A stretch of DNA of 51,918 nt from an uncultured Thermoplasmata archaeon. GTDB lineage: Archaea; Thermoplasmatota; Thermoplasmata; WALJ01. The DNA is taken from positions 1 through 51,918 of the forward strand of contig CAYYXK010000004.1 in the NCBI GenBank assembly GCA_964475625.1, given 5' to 3'. The position numbers and the translations under genes were made by a program. Each line of letters opens with the position of its first letter. Position 1 is the first letter of the stretch. The notes under the pieces are model-generated. The model did not search any database, had not been told where the DNA came from, and was given only the letters and a program-made list of their open reading frames with translations. Positions 30,549 through 40,218 of this stretch are shown piece after piece.

Positions 30549-32204
30549 TCACTTCAGCATGGGCATCCGGATGTCATTCTTCCTCGCCCAATCCTTCGCT
30601 ATGTCATAGCCTGCATCGGCGTGGCGCACAACTCCGCTGGCAGGGTCGTTGTTAAGAACTCTGAGAAGTTTCTTCTCCGCAAGTTCCGTTCCATCCGCAA
30701 CGATCACCATTCCCGCATGTATGCTGTATCCTATCCCGACCCCTCCGCCGTGATGCACGCTCACCCATGTGGCTCCGCTCGCAGTGTTGAGAAGTGCGTT
30801 GAGTATGGGCCAGTCGGCTATCGCATCGCTACCGTCCTTCATGGCCTCCGTTTCCCGGTAAGGGGAGGCTACACTTCCCGTGTCGTGGTGGTCCCTTCCT
30901 ATTACAATGGGTGCATCGACAACGCCTTCTCTGACAAGGTCGTTGAATGCCTTTCCGGCCTTCGCACGCTCTCCGTGATTCAGCCAGAGTATCCTTGCGG
31001 GAAGTCCCTGAAAGGCCACTCTTTCCTCCGCTTTGTCAAGCCACTGTATCACATGTTTGTTGTCCGGGAACAGCTTTCTTATCGCATTGTCGGTCTCCAT
31101 TATATCGTCCGGGTTTCCCGAGAGCGCAACCCATCTGAAAGGGCCGCTCCCTATCGAGAAAAACGTCCGAATATAGGCAGGAACATATCCAGGAATATCA
31201 TATGCGTTATCTACTCCGGCCTTGTAAGCCATGGTCCTGAGGTTGTTCCCGTAATCGAAGACCTTTGAGCCGTGCTCTTTGAACCATACCATTGCAGGCA
31301 CATGCCTCCTGAGGCTCTCATCAACCTCTTCAAGGTATTTTTTGGGGTCATTTTCCCTCAGTTCCGCAGCCTCTTCGTAGGTGTATCCCGCAGGAATGTA
31401 TCCGACAAGCGGGTCGTGTGCCGCCGTCTGGTCCGTGACCACATCAGGCACTATTCCGCGCTTCACGAGTTCGGGATAGACATCGGCCGCATTCGCCCAG
31501 AGACCTATGCTTATGGCCTTTCCTTCCTTCAGGGCCTCGTCCTTCATCTTCAGGGCTTCATCTAGGCTGTCCGTCCATGTATCGAGATACCTGTCCTTTA
31601 TCCTTCGATCTATGGCCCACTTGTTTATCTCAACGATTATGGCCACGCCGTTGTTCATCGTGACAGCAAGCGGCTGAGCGCCCCCCATCTCACCGAGTCC
31701 CGATGAGAGCACCCATTTTCCCGTTAGGTCGTGCTGCTTGAACTCTATCTGTGCCAGAGCACCCAGCGTCTCATATGTTCCCTGCAGAATTCCCTGCGTT
31801 CCGATGTATATCCATGAGCCTGCGGTCATCTGGCCGTACATCGTGAGCCCGCGGGCCTCCATCTCCCTGAAATAGTCCCAGTTCGCCCATTTTGGCACCA
31901 GCATCGAATTGACTATAAGAACGCGGGGAGACCATTCATGTGTTTTGAAGACGGCAACGGGCTTTCCGCTCTGAATCAGAAGGGTCTCGTCGTCCTCCAT
32001 CTCCTTCAATGTCTTAACTATGGCATGGAACGAATCCCAGTTCCGGGCCGCCCTGCCCGTGCCTCCATACACTATCAGGTTCGCAGGGTCCTTTGCCACA
32101 TCAGGGTCAAGATTATTCATAAGCATCCTCATGGGTGCCTCGGTCTGCCAGCTCTTACACGACAATTCGGTTCCTCTGGGCGCTCTTATCTCCATATGAT
32201 TCAC
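30549..32204 (-). CDS. hutU: Urocanate hydratase
   Basis: [47 protein letters not shown]. Confidence 0.96.
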   Translation of the reverse strand: MNHMEIRAPRGTELSCKSWQTEAPMRMLMNNLDPDVAKDPANLIVYGGTGRAARNWDSFHAIVKTLKEMEDDETLLIQSGKPVAVFKTHEWSPRVLIVNSMLVPKWANWDYFREMEARGLTMYGQMTAGSWIYIGTQGILQGTYETLGALAQIEFKQHDLTGKWVLSSGLGEMGGAQPLAVTMNNGVAIIVEINKWAIDRRIKDRYLDTWTDSLDEALKMKDEALKEGKAISIGLWANAADVYPELVKRGIVPDVVTDQTAAHDPLVGYIPAGYTYEEAAELRENDPKKYLEEVDESLRRHVPAMVWFKEHGSKVFDYGNNLRTMAYKAGVDNAYDIPGYVPAYIRTFFSIGSGPFRWVALSGNPDDIMETDNAIRKLFPDNKHVIQWLDKAEERVAFQGLPARILWLNHGERAKAGKAFNDLVREGVVDAPIVIGRDHHDTGSVASPYRETEAMKDGSDAIADWPILNALLNTASGATWVSVHHGGGVGIGYSIHAGMVIVADGTELAEKKLLRVLNNDPASGVVRHADAGYDIAKDWARKNDIRMPMLK

Positions 32205-32315
32205 CGCCCGTCAATGGCATCGGGATTAAATCTTTTTGTCTTTGTCCGACACGATATCTGTTTTGGAGACGGAGCGGAACAGCAGCTTCTAATCATCGCT
32301 CTTCTGGATACTTGT

Positions 32316-32546
32316 TCATTTTCTTCCGAAAAGGGCCTTAAGTTCCGTTATCAGCATCTTATAGTTCAGTCCGAGATGAACCATGACTAAGAAGACGAGC
32401 AGGAAACCACTTATCGTGTGAAGCCTAGCTCCTTTGAATCCGTTCCCTACGGCCAACAGAATTCCCGTAGCCGCGACTATCAGGAAAAGCACGAGAATCA
32501 TGAGAGACACAAGCCCTCTTACCTTTATCAGGGTTTTTCCGTTCAT
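32316..32546 (-). CDS. Small 2-TM protein, DUF4405-like
   Basis: ATGILL...LHTISG...VHLGLN pattern with paired His residues. Confidence 0.65.
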   Translation of the reverse strand: MNGKTLIKVRGLVSLMILVLFLIVAATGILLAVGNGFKGARLHTISGFLLVFLVMVHLGLNYKMLITELKALFGRK

Positions 32547-32632
32547 TGCCCCGCTTAAACCGGCCTTCTATATATCATCTCTGACCTCCGCAATCTTTAA
32601 TACTCTCCTTCCCATCACTTTCCGGTGATGTC

Positions 32633-33295
32633 ATGAAGATAAGGTCCCTCGGACATGCGGCTTTCGAAGTGGTGCTGGACGGAAAGAAGATACTGGTGGA
32701 CCCTTGGGTGAAGGGAAATCCGAAGAGCCCGGTGAAGCCCGGAGAACTTGAGGCGGATATAGTGATAGTCACCCACGACCACGGGGACCACGGATTCGAC
32801 GATGCCGTGGAGATCGCTAAGAAGGGTGCTACCTTCGTATCAATGTTCGAGATAGCAAGCAAAGCGGGAGAGAAGGGGGTAAAGGACGCAGTCGGAATGA
32901 ACATCGGAGGCCCCGCCGTCATAAAAGGCCTGAAAATCCTGTTCACTCAGGCATTCCATTCGGGAACATCCAACCCATCGGGTGTTGTCGTCATAGGAAA
33001 GGAGGGCAGCTTCTACCATGCGGGAGACACCGGCCTTTTCGGAGATATGAAACTGATAGGCGCTCTTTACCATCCGAAGGTTGCCATGCTTCCCATAGGC
33101 TCGCACTTCACCATGGACCCTGTTCAGGCCTCATACGCTGTTAAGTTCATAAACCCCGAGATAGCGATTCCCATGCACTACGGAACCTTCCCTGTTCTGA
33201 CAGGAAAACCGGAGAAGTTCAAGGAGCTCGTTGAGAAGAGAGCGCCGGAGACGAAGGTGGAGATAATGGAACCGGGGGAGTGGGCGGAGGTTTGA
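32633..33295 (+). CDS. Metallo-beta-lactamase-fold hydrolase (UPF0173)
   Basis: LGHAAF, VDPW, THDHGDH, YHAGDT, LPIG, IPMHYGTF. Confidence 0.92.
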   Translation: MKIRSLGHAAFEVVLDGKKILVDPWVKGNPKSPVKPGELEADIVIVTHDHGDHGFDDAVEIAKKGATFVSMFEIASKAGEKGVKDAVGMNIGGPAVIKGLKILFTQAFHSGTSNPSGVVVIGKEGSFYHAGDTGLFGDMKLIGALYHPKVAMLPIGSHFTMDPVQASYAVKFINPEIAIPMHYGTFPVLTGKPEKFKELVEKRAPETKVEIMEPGEWAEV

Positions 33296-33298
33296 AAC

Positions 33299-34261
33299 TT
33301 AATTTTTATATGTTTTCATTATCCAATTTATTGTTGATTCAATTCCTTTTGATAAATCGGTTTGGTGAGACCATCCCATGACAATACCTGCTTTCCTAGT
33401 GTCCGCTTGTGTATGTGGTGGTTCTTCAAGTTTTTTCTTGAATATTGGGTTCATTTTTTTATTTAAAAAATTATTAATTAATTCTAAAACATCCATTACA
33501 GTTGTAGATATTCCAGTTCCTACATTTATAGGATAGTTATACAGATTTTCCTCCTTAGCTTCCGCCGCCATCAGAGTAGCATCGACTACATCTTTCACAT
33601 AGGTAAAATCTCTAGACTGTTTTCCATTTCCATAAACAATAGGTTGTTTGTCATTAATTAATTCATAAATTGTTTTTGGAATCAATCTCGGCGGCCAAAT
33701 TTTAGGGTCATCCCTTGGCCCATACACGTTGAAGTACCTGAGAATGATAGTTTTGATACCATACAGCTCACCATATAGCTGCATGTATTTCTCTCCAATC
33801 AACTTTTGTACTGCATAATGAGAAATTGGATTCGGCTCCATGTCTTCCTTGAGAGGTAAGATTGGTTGTGGGCCATAAACAGATGAACTGGAGGAGAATA
33901 CGACCCTTTCAACGTTTGATTTCCTCACGGCTTCTAACACATTTAGTGTGCCTTCTACATTCACCTTGTTTGTGATTAACGGATATTTTGTTGAATACCT
34001 GATTCTAGGTATAGCCGCTAGGTGAAAAACCACATCAGCATCTGAAAAAACTGTGCTTAGATTATCGCTCAATATGCTGATGTTAAAGAACTTAACCGTA
34101 GGAGTCTGTAGGTGCCTTTTAATATTTTCAATCTTTCCGGTAAATAGATTGTCCGCTACAATTACTTCACAATCTCTTTGAACAAGCACATCTAGGAGAT
34201 GGCTACCTATAAAACCCGCACCGCCGGTAACCACACACTTTTTAATTTTTATCACCTCCAT
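33299..34261 (-). CDS. NAD-dependent nucleotide-sugar epimerase/dehydratase (extended SDR)
   Basis: TGGAGFIGS, FHLAA, SSSSVYG, YAVQK, RYFNVYGP, RDFTYV. Confidence 0.92.
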   Translation of the reverse strand: MEVIKIKKCVVTGGAGFIGSHLLDVLVQRDCEVIVADNLFTGKIENIKRHLQTPTVKFFNISILSDNLSTVFSDADVVFHLAAIPRIRYSTKYPLITNKVNVEGTLNVLEAVRKSNVERVVFSSSSSVYGPQPILPLKEDMEPNPISHYAVQKLIGEKYMQLYGELYGIKTIILRYFNVYGPRDDPKIWPPRLIPKTIYELINDKQPIVYGNGKQSRDFTYVKDVVDATLMAAEAKEENLYNYPINVGTGISTTVMDVLELINNFLNKKMNPIFKKKLEEPPHTQADTRKAGIVMGWSHQTDLSKGIESTINWIMKTYKN

Positions 34262-36296
34262 TATAGATGGGCGTCAATTTAGGCCTATCTCTGTGATAAT
34301 TCCTATATATCTCCACCCAGGTTTTAGTTATTATGTTCTTCTTAAATGGCCTCTTTTCGCACCTAGAGATGAAATCCCCGTAGTTCTGAGCGTAGTCCAC
34401 GAAATTGCCGCAATACCTGCAGAACATATCCAATAGTTCTTTTAATCTATCTACAGTCACATCCTTCAAACTCTTTATTCCCACGTCGTAACCCATAACT
34501 CTATCCATAGCACCTGCCACTCCACATGGATAATAGCCGTATTTGTTCAGCCCTATGCCACAGTAGGACGTTACCCAGCATCCTGTGGAAAAGTTTGAAT
34601 TCCGATATTCCTTCGTATCCACAGGTGCCAGATTGAATGGGGTGAAATACTCCACCTTGCGATTTGTTTTAAAGGAGTATCTATCCACAACGATATTCTT
34701 TGATTTTGGCAACTTCTCTAATATTTCCCTAGTTTCCTTGGAATACCCGTTGTTGGTTATCTGTAAAATTGTCTCTGGTGAGAATTTGTTTATGTACTCC
34801 TCCAGTATGATATTCACGATCTCCAGAAAATCTGGATGAAGTGTGGGCTCTCCTCCCAGTATGTTTATGAGTTTCCACTTCCTGTTCAGTTCGATGCTCT
34901 CCCTAATGAACTCTCTGATCTGTTCCACGGTCATATAATCCTCCTTACTTGGAGCTTGGGTGCAGGAGCGGTTACAGGCAACGCATTTGAGATTGCAATC
35001 GTAGGTTATGTCTATTTCTATTTTCTCTAGGTTGGGGATGAAATCTATTCTACCATCTATTATCTCTCTAGGGCTGATCTGGTTTTTCTTATTTTTCAAT
35101 GCCTCATACACTTCCTTCACTGCATCCAGATCCACCATCCTGTCAACGAAATAATTGATGAAGTCAAATCTGATTGGATTCTTGCTCCACTCTGTGAGAA
35201 CACTGAACATGTATGCCTTCTCAGGGTCCTCAATCCACGTGTATTCTTTGCTCATCTTCCCAAAATTCGTCAGTTTACCATTGGCGTCTATTTTGACCTT
35301 AAAACCGTACTGACCTACACTTTCCAGAAGTGACTTTTTAAATACCTTCGGATAGAAGTAAAGATTGCTCCTTATATCCTCCGTATTTGTAAAATCAATC
35401 TTTATATGCCCCATATTTTCCAGAATCTCCTTATTAAGCGGTTTACCCACAAGCAGGTCACTGTTGTACATCTTGAGACGCTCTAGGATTTCGGACACGG
35501 CGTTTCTCCCAACCAAAAAATCGCTCGGATTAACCAGCATCACGAAAGAATCCAGATTATCTATGAAATAGTGCACCCCGATGTATACTGCCTCCGTATT
35601 TATGAGAGGTATCTTTGTATGCACATAGGTCACTCTTTCCTTATCCTTAAGAAATGACCATAGCAATTTATCCTTTGCATAATCCGAGTCAGTATTCATC
35701 ACCAATATTCCGATTTCATCCATATCCTGAGCCTTTATGCTTTCGAAGAATCTAAAGAACTTGTGAATGTCTGTGGTCTCATCAATCACTGCCAGGATTA
35801 CTATATCTTCACGTCTCTTGGGGATCGCCCAGACATAAAATGAACCGTCTAGGTCAAAATTCTCCCTTTGGATTTCCGGAATTATTCCTTTTTCCACCCG
35901 GTCCATAATTATGAACCACGCGTACTTGCAAGCTTTTCTGTAATTTGGAGGATGTATGTAAAAGGATCTTCTATCACCTCCGCGGAGGGAGACAACGTTG
36001 GTTTTTTTCTGAACCTCATGGAGAGCATGATACCAGCCCTGCTTGAATTTTCCATCGACAATCTCATTAGGTAGCGGCAAGAGGGATAGAAGACGGGATT
36101 TGTGAATGAGCGCGAAGCGCACCTCGGGTTTGTATCCTCTTAGCGGTGCGTGATAATCTACAAATTTAACGTTTGCATCTTTGTAAATATTGAAGCCCAC
36201 GGATACTGCGTTCGGATTATGTTTGAGGGCTTTAATCATATCGTCTAAGAATGAGTGAGTGTAATCCTCCCTGTCTATCAGCACATCGCTGTCCAT
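34242..36296 (-). CDS. C-terminal portion: GT-like domains plus radical SAM domain with twitch/SPASM-like cysteines
   Basis: CNLKCVACNRSC (CxxxCxxC at 34974-34997), LGGEPTLHP, ITNNG, CWVTSYCG...YPCG...CRYC. Confidence 0.85.
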   Translation of the reverse strand: MDSDVLIDREDYTHSFLDDMIKALKHNPNAVSVGFNIYKDANVKFVDYHAPLRGYKPEVRFALIHKSRLLSLLPLPNEIVDGKFKQGWYHALHEVQKKTNVVSLRGGDRRSFYIHPPNYRKACKYAWFIIMDRVEKGIIPEIQRENFDLDGSFYVWAIPKRREDIVILAVIDETTDIHKFFRFFESIKAQDMDEIGILVMNTDSDYAKDKLLWSFLKDKERVTYVHTKIPLINTEAVYIGVHYFIDNLDSFVMLVNPSDFLVGRNAVSEILERLKMYNSDLLVGKPLNKEILENMGHIKIDFTNTEDIRSNLYFYPKVFKKSLLESVGQYGFKVKIDANGKLTNFGKMSKEYTWIEDPEKAYMFSVLTEWSKNPIRFDFINYFVDRMVDLDAVKEVYEALKNKKNQISPREIIDGRIDFIPNLEKIEIDITYDCNLKCVACNRSCTQAPSKEDYMTVEQIREFIRESIELNRKWKLINILGGEPTLHPDFLEIVNIILEEYINKFSPETILQITNNGYSKETREILEKLPKSKNIVVDRYSFKTNRKVEYFTPFNLAPVDTKEYRNSNFSTGCWVTSYCGIGLNKYGYYPCGVAGAMDRVMGYDVGIKSLKDVTVDRLKELLDMFCRYCGNFVDYAQNYGDFISRCEKRPFKKNIITKTWVEIYRNYHRDRPKLTPIYNGGDKN

Positions 36297-36426
36297 CTGA
36301 AGAATATAATCCCCTCTGACTTTTTCGAATGCATAAACCTGTGGAGTTATGGGTATGCCCTCTACTGTGTGTGTGGCCTTTGTTTTAACACCGAACCACC
36401 TGTAATTTATCTCCTCTACATCCTCA

Positions 36427-38250
36427 TCAGGAAGTTCTATGTAATAATCTATTAGCCCATCCCTTATGAGGGGTATTGACCACCGAGTATAAACTCTCTA
36501 AGTCCCCTTCCGCATACTCTCTGAGGTAGTTTCCTTCCTTTTTGTCTATTGCCAGAACTCTCTCGTAAAATATATCGGGACTCGAAAGCTGATGTACTAT
36601 GTGCTTGAGCTGTGCGTAGAGGGTCTCATTTTCCTGCGGGCAGGCCTTGATGAGTAGAGTTACTTTCTCCCATGGATCTTTCAGATGAATTGTATTTTGA
36701 CTGATCTCGGGGGCTATATCGTACTTTCCATCGCACTTGGTTTCTATCGAATAGGAATCAACATAGGCACCTGCCTTAATTTGTTCCCATAAACTTTTTT
36801 CATTGATTTGGTCTAGCGGAATATTGCTTTCAACGCCATTCTTGGAGTTATATTTTTCTGAAAAGCAATCGGGAAATGTCACCGCGAAAAATAGTTTTTT
36901 AAGGAAATCATAGAAACCTTCTAAAAGAGGGTGGGTTAGGTTGTTTATCAGACTTCTTTTAGTACGGTGGTACTCCCCCTCCGAGAGATCTGGATACTTA
37001 AGATACAAATATGCCCTCGCTGCGCTGTTGAGGAATAGATTGTCGCTGTATGGAAGCATCTCATAGTCTATGAACTTTAATACTCCGTTGGACCTAATAA
37101 AATTTTTATGATGTGTAATGCTCTTAAAAACCAATTTTCTTTCCCACATATCTCTTAGAAAACTGATAAATTCATCTTTGGTTATTCTCCCAACCCCCTC
37201 GTTTGGTTCATAAGGATATTTTATTACGTAAACATCATCGATCTTAATTACCTCTATTGGATAGAAATGGATTGCATTCTTTAAGGCATCTGCCTTGTTG
37301 ACCATGTATAACAGGCCATCTATCTCTCCATAGTTATTGTTGGATTTTGGAATATGAACCTTGTACACGTACCTTCCATTGTGGTACACAACACCTGAGA
37401 AACCTTCTCCAAGATAGTGATAATCCACATCGTTATATTTCTTGAGAAGTTCTAGTGCTTTTTCTGACCTGGAATTCTCACGCCACCCCACCTCTTTTAA
37501 AAAGTAACGATACAGCTGTTTTCTCGACATCTCATATTTCAGATTTTTCTTATTCTCTGCGGTGGTTTCCCCATCCAAATTGTATACTGAATATATCAGC
37601 TCATCTGCTATATATATCTTGTATCTGTCTTTGTTCAGAAGTAAATCCACGAGATACCAGTGGTCCTCAGCACTTTCTACATCTCTATATGTGATCTCGA
37701 CGGATGGCTTCACAAACAAATTGCAAGAGGGAAGCTCATCCTCAAGTATGCCTCTGGCCATGCCTTCAAGCCTCTTTCCCAAGTATTCAAAGTCCAGTAA
37801 CCTCTTGTCAGCTCTATTTTCCCTTATGATCCTGCCACCGGATGACTGCTTATTTCCTGTGAGTATGACATCTGGAGAATATGCATCCATTATTTTTTCG
37901 ATATCGGAAAGTGCGAACTCGTATGCTATGTAATCATCTGAATCCAGCCTACCAACATACTCAGCCTCGGGCATATTCTCCCTGACATATTTCAGTATGA
38001 AGTTTCTAATGGCATAAACTCTGCCAATGTTTGCTTTAATGACCATTATATGTTCATCTTCCAGAAGATCCGAGCATATCTCCTTCCAGCTATCTGTTGA
38101 GTTATCATCTACTATGAGCAAGAGCACATCCCTTCTAGTTCCCTTTTGATTTAATACGGACTCAATCGCCCTCCTCACCTCCGGTGCGCCATTACGAAGT
38201 GGCATACCGATGACTATTTTTCCGGGATTATCTCTCACCCTCATACTCAT
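36427..38250 (-). CDS. N-terminal portion: GT2 glycosyltransferase plus kinase-like domain
   Basis: VDDNSTD, RLDSDD, AEDHW (GT-A); then LGEGFSGVVY...YK...KNFI...FIDYE (kinase-like). Confidence 0.8.
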   Translation of the reverse strand: MSMRVRDNPGKIVIGMPLRNGAPEVRRAIESVLNQKGTRRDVLLLIVDDNSTDSWKEICSDLLEDEHIMVIKANIGRVYAIRNFILKYVRENMPEAEYVGRLDSDDYIAYEFALSDIEKIMDAYSPDVILTGNKQSSGGRIIRENRADKRLLDFEYLGKRLEGMARGILEDELPSCNLFVKPSVEITYRDVESAEDHWYLVDLLLNKDRYKIYIADELIYSVYNLDGETTAENKKNLKYEMSRKQLYRYFLKEVGWRENSRSEKALELLKKYNDVDYHYLGEGFSGVVYHNGRYVYKVHIPKSNNNYGEIDGLLYMVNKADALKNAIHFYPIEVIKIDDVYVIKYPYEPNEGVGRITKDEFISFLRDMWERKLVFKSITHHKNFIRSNGVLKFIDYEMLPYSDNLFLNSAARAYLYLKYPDLSEGEYHRTKRSLINNLTHPLLEGFYDFLKKLFFAVTFPDCFSEKYNSKNGVESNIPLDQINEKSLWEQIKAGAYVDSYSIETKCDGKYDIAPEISQNTIHLKDPWEKVTLLIKACPQENETLYAQLKHIVHQLSSPDIFYERVLAIDKKEGNYLREYAEGDLESLYSVVNTPHKGWANRLLHRTS

Positions 38251-39139
38251 ATCCAAACAGCCTCCTGGCGCGTTCCAGTGATTTTTGAAAATCCTCCTCG
38301 GAGAAGTGGCTTTTCCATTTTTTGTAGAATACATCCAGACCCAATTTTTTCATAGTTCTGTTCGCCGTGACCCTGTTGGGTGAGTCCGTGTGATGGAGAA
38401 CCATAACCTCGGGAATGATTTCTATTTCCACATCCTTTTTTTCCTTCAGGTAATTCAACAATTGGATCATCAGATCCCTGTCAGTTGCACTGTAAAGCTC
38501 CTCATCAAATCCACCGATGTTCACGAGAATGTCGAGCCTTATGCACATGTTGCTACCCTGAATGCCCGGATTTCCAACGAAAAAATTCCTTGGAGTTAAA
38601 TCCTCTTTTGTGAATGCGAGAACCATGTTCTTCTCAACCCACTCAACATGCGGAAATACGGCAACTGCATTTGGATTTCTTCTTAGCACTTCTCTGCAGG
38701 TGCGGAGATACTCTGGTCTATATTCGTCATCGTCATCCAGTATGGCTACGAAGATGCTCTCAGGTTCATATCTTTCTGCCAGACAGTATATTGCCGTGTT
38801 CCAGGCACCCGTGCCGGAATGGCCAGAGGTGCGGTTGTTCTTCAAGAGAGTGGTTCTGAAGAAGTTTTCGAATGGTAATGTTTTCTTTTCAGAGAGATTT
38901 TCATGGGTATCCAGAAGGATTTCTTTCCTTAATTTCTCCATGACCTCCTTGATCTTGGCATATTCCACTGAGACGTCCTCCCCTTCTGGTATGGGATTGT
39001 CATCCACAATAACAACTTCAACAGGATTGATATCTTTTTGCAGATAAACCGATTTAAGAGACCTATAATCTAGGAGATTGGTTCTGCCATTGCTCGTGGC
39101 CATCACAACTGCAATCTCTCTCGGTCCATTTGCATTCAT
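38228..39139 (-). CDS. Family 2 glycosyltransferase
   Basis: VIVDD, GAWNT, ILDDDDEY, GSNM, GGFDEEL...DRDL. Confidence 0.88.
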   Translation of the reverse strand: MNANGPREIAVVMATSNGRTNLLDYRSLKSVYLQKDINPVEVVIVDDNPIPEGEDVSVEYAKIKEVMEKLRKEILLDTHENLSEKKTLPFENFFRTTLLKNNRTSGHSGTGAWNTAIYCLAERYEPESIFVAILDDDDEYRPEYLRTCREVLRRNPNAVAVFPHVEWVEKNMVLAFTKEDLTPRNFFVGNPGIQGSNMCIRLDILVNIGGFDEELYSATDRDLMIQLLNYLKEKKDVEIEIIPEVMVLHHTDSPNRVTANRTMKKLGLDVFYKKWKSHFSEEDFQKSLERARRLFGYEYEGER

Positions 39140-40086
39140 CCAAGTATCACCCCTATGTGTATCTTCAACCTGTCAATGGTGTACTTTAATCCATCTTCAA
39201 ATCTCCATCTTGGTTCAAAATCCAAATCTCTCCGCGCCTTCTCATATGTTCCATAGTAGCCCTCAACCTCATATTCACGAGACTCTACAAATCGCACACC
39301 CATATCCTTTTCTATATATCTAGAAATTAGTTCTGGCACTTCCTCGAGCCGGGTGGGTGTTCCTGTACAGATATTGTATGTCTCCGCTCCATCATATTCG
39401 TTGGAAGACATTCTTTCTATAGCATTTACGAATGCATTGACTGTATCATCTATGAAGGTAAAATCAAAAAATTTGTCTTTACCATATATTGTAATTTCCT
39501 GATCTGTGAGCGCATTGAGTATGAACTTTGGAATTACTCTATTGAAGATATCTCTCTCGTTACCGTACACATTTGACAGCCGGAATATCACCCTCGTAAT
39601 TCCATACTTGCTAGAGAACTCTCTCACCATGTTCTCTCCGTATATTTTTGTGGTCGCATAGATGTTTATGGCAGAAAGAGGTGCAGATTCGGACACAGGA
39701 AATATTTTTGGATTTCCATACACTTCCCTGCTACTTCCAAAGATGAACCATGGTTTTTCCTTCATATTTGAGATTGCTTCAAGTATGTTTTTTGTCCCTC
39801 CTAGGTTTACGGAGTTGCACAGCTCAGGGTTTTCCTGGCACCATATCACACGGGAAACGGCTGCAAGATGCACTATTCCGTCAGGATTGATGTCATTCAG
39901 AATCTTATGTATGTCTTTATCCCTGACATCTGCCTTTACATAGTTCACCCTGTCTTTGAAGGAGGAAATCTTCTCTGGTTCGTCCAGAATGTCGAGGATA
40001 TGTACTTCGCACCCTTTTTTCAGAAGTTCCTCTGTGAGATTCGAGCCTATGAATCCGGCCCCACCTGTTATTAGGACTTTTTTCAT
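39136..40086 (-). CDS. NAD-dependent nucleotide-sugar epimerase/dehydratase (extended SDR)
   Basis: TGGAGFIGS, VHLAA, SSREVYG, YATTK, RLSNVYG, DFTFIDD. Confidence 0.92.
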   Translation of the reverse strand: MKKVLITGGAGFIGSNLTEELLKKGCEVHILDILDEPEKISSFKDRVNYVKADVRDKDIHKILNDINPDGIVHLAAVSRVIWCQENPELCNSVNLGGTKNILEAISNMKEKPWFIFGSSREVYGNPKIFPVSESAPLSAINIYATTKIYGENMVREFSSKYGITRVIFRLSNVYGNERDIFNRVIPKFILNALTDQEITIYGKDKFFDFTFIDDTVNAFVNAIERMSSNEYDGAETYNICTGTPTRLEEVPELISRYIEKDMGVRFVESREYEVEGYYGTYEKARRDLDFEPRWRFEDGLKYTIDRLKIHIGVILG

Positions 40087-40218
40087 GATCTATGTCTCCT
40101 CAGATAAGGAGTTACGGGTATGGATATGTATGATAACGAGAGATGATATAAAAAATTTTCTAATGGTTAGAAATTTCCACCAACCTTTAATACCCTCTCC
40201 TCTCTTTTCATCCCGCAC

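Larger units (their letters stand above)
34242..38250 (-). pseudogene. Frameshifted multidomain gene: GT2 + protein-kinase-like + GT-like + GT-like + radical SAM (~1335 aa if corrected)
   Basis: ORFs 36427-38250 and 34242-36296 join if one base of GGGG at 36470-36473 is removed, giving ...VVNTLIRDGLIDYY...GDYILQMDSD... Confidence 0.7.

Noticed and set aside
32613-32630. CATCAC/GTGATG hairpin covering the GGTGA RBS of the UPF0173 gene
   Set aside because: Only 6 bp, and the TATA at ~32597 implies a start site too close for the 5' arm to be transcribed.
36427-36429. TGA as possible selenocysteine or readthrough site
   Set aside because: A second TGA follows immediately and the downstream ORF is in another frame; a frameshift explains the split.
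33280-40200. Island as a defined mobile element
   Set aside because: No integrase, transposase, tRNA or flanking direct repeats seen; only composition suggests transfer.
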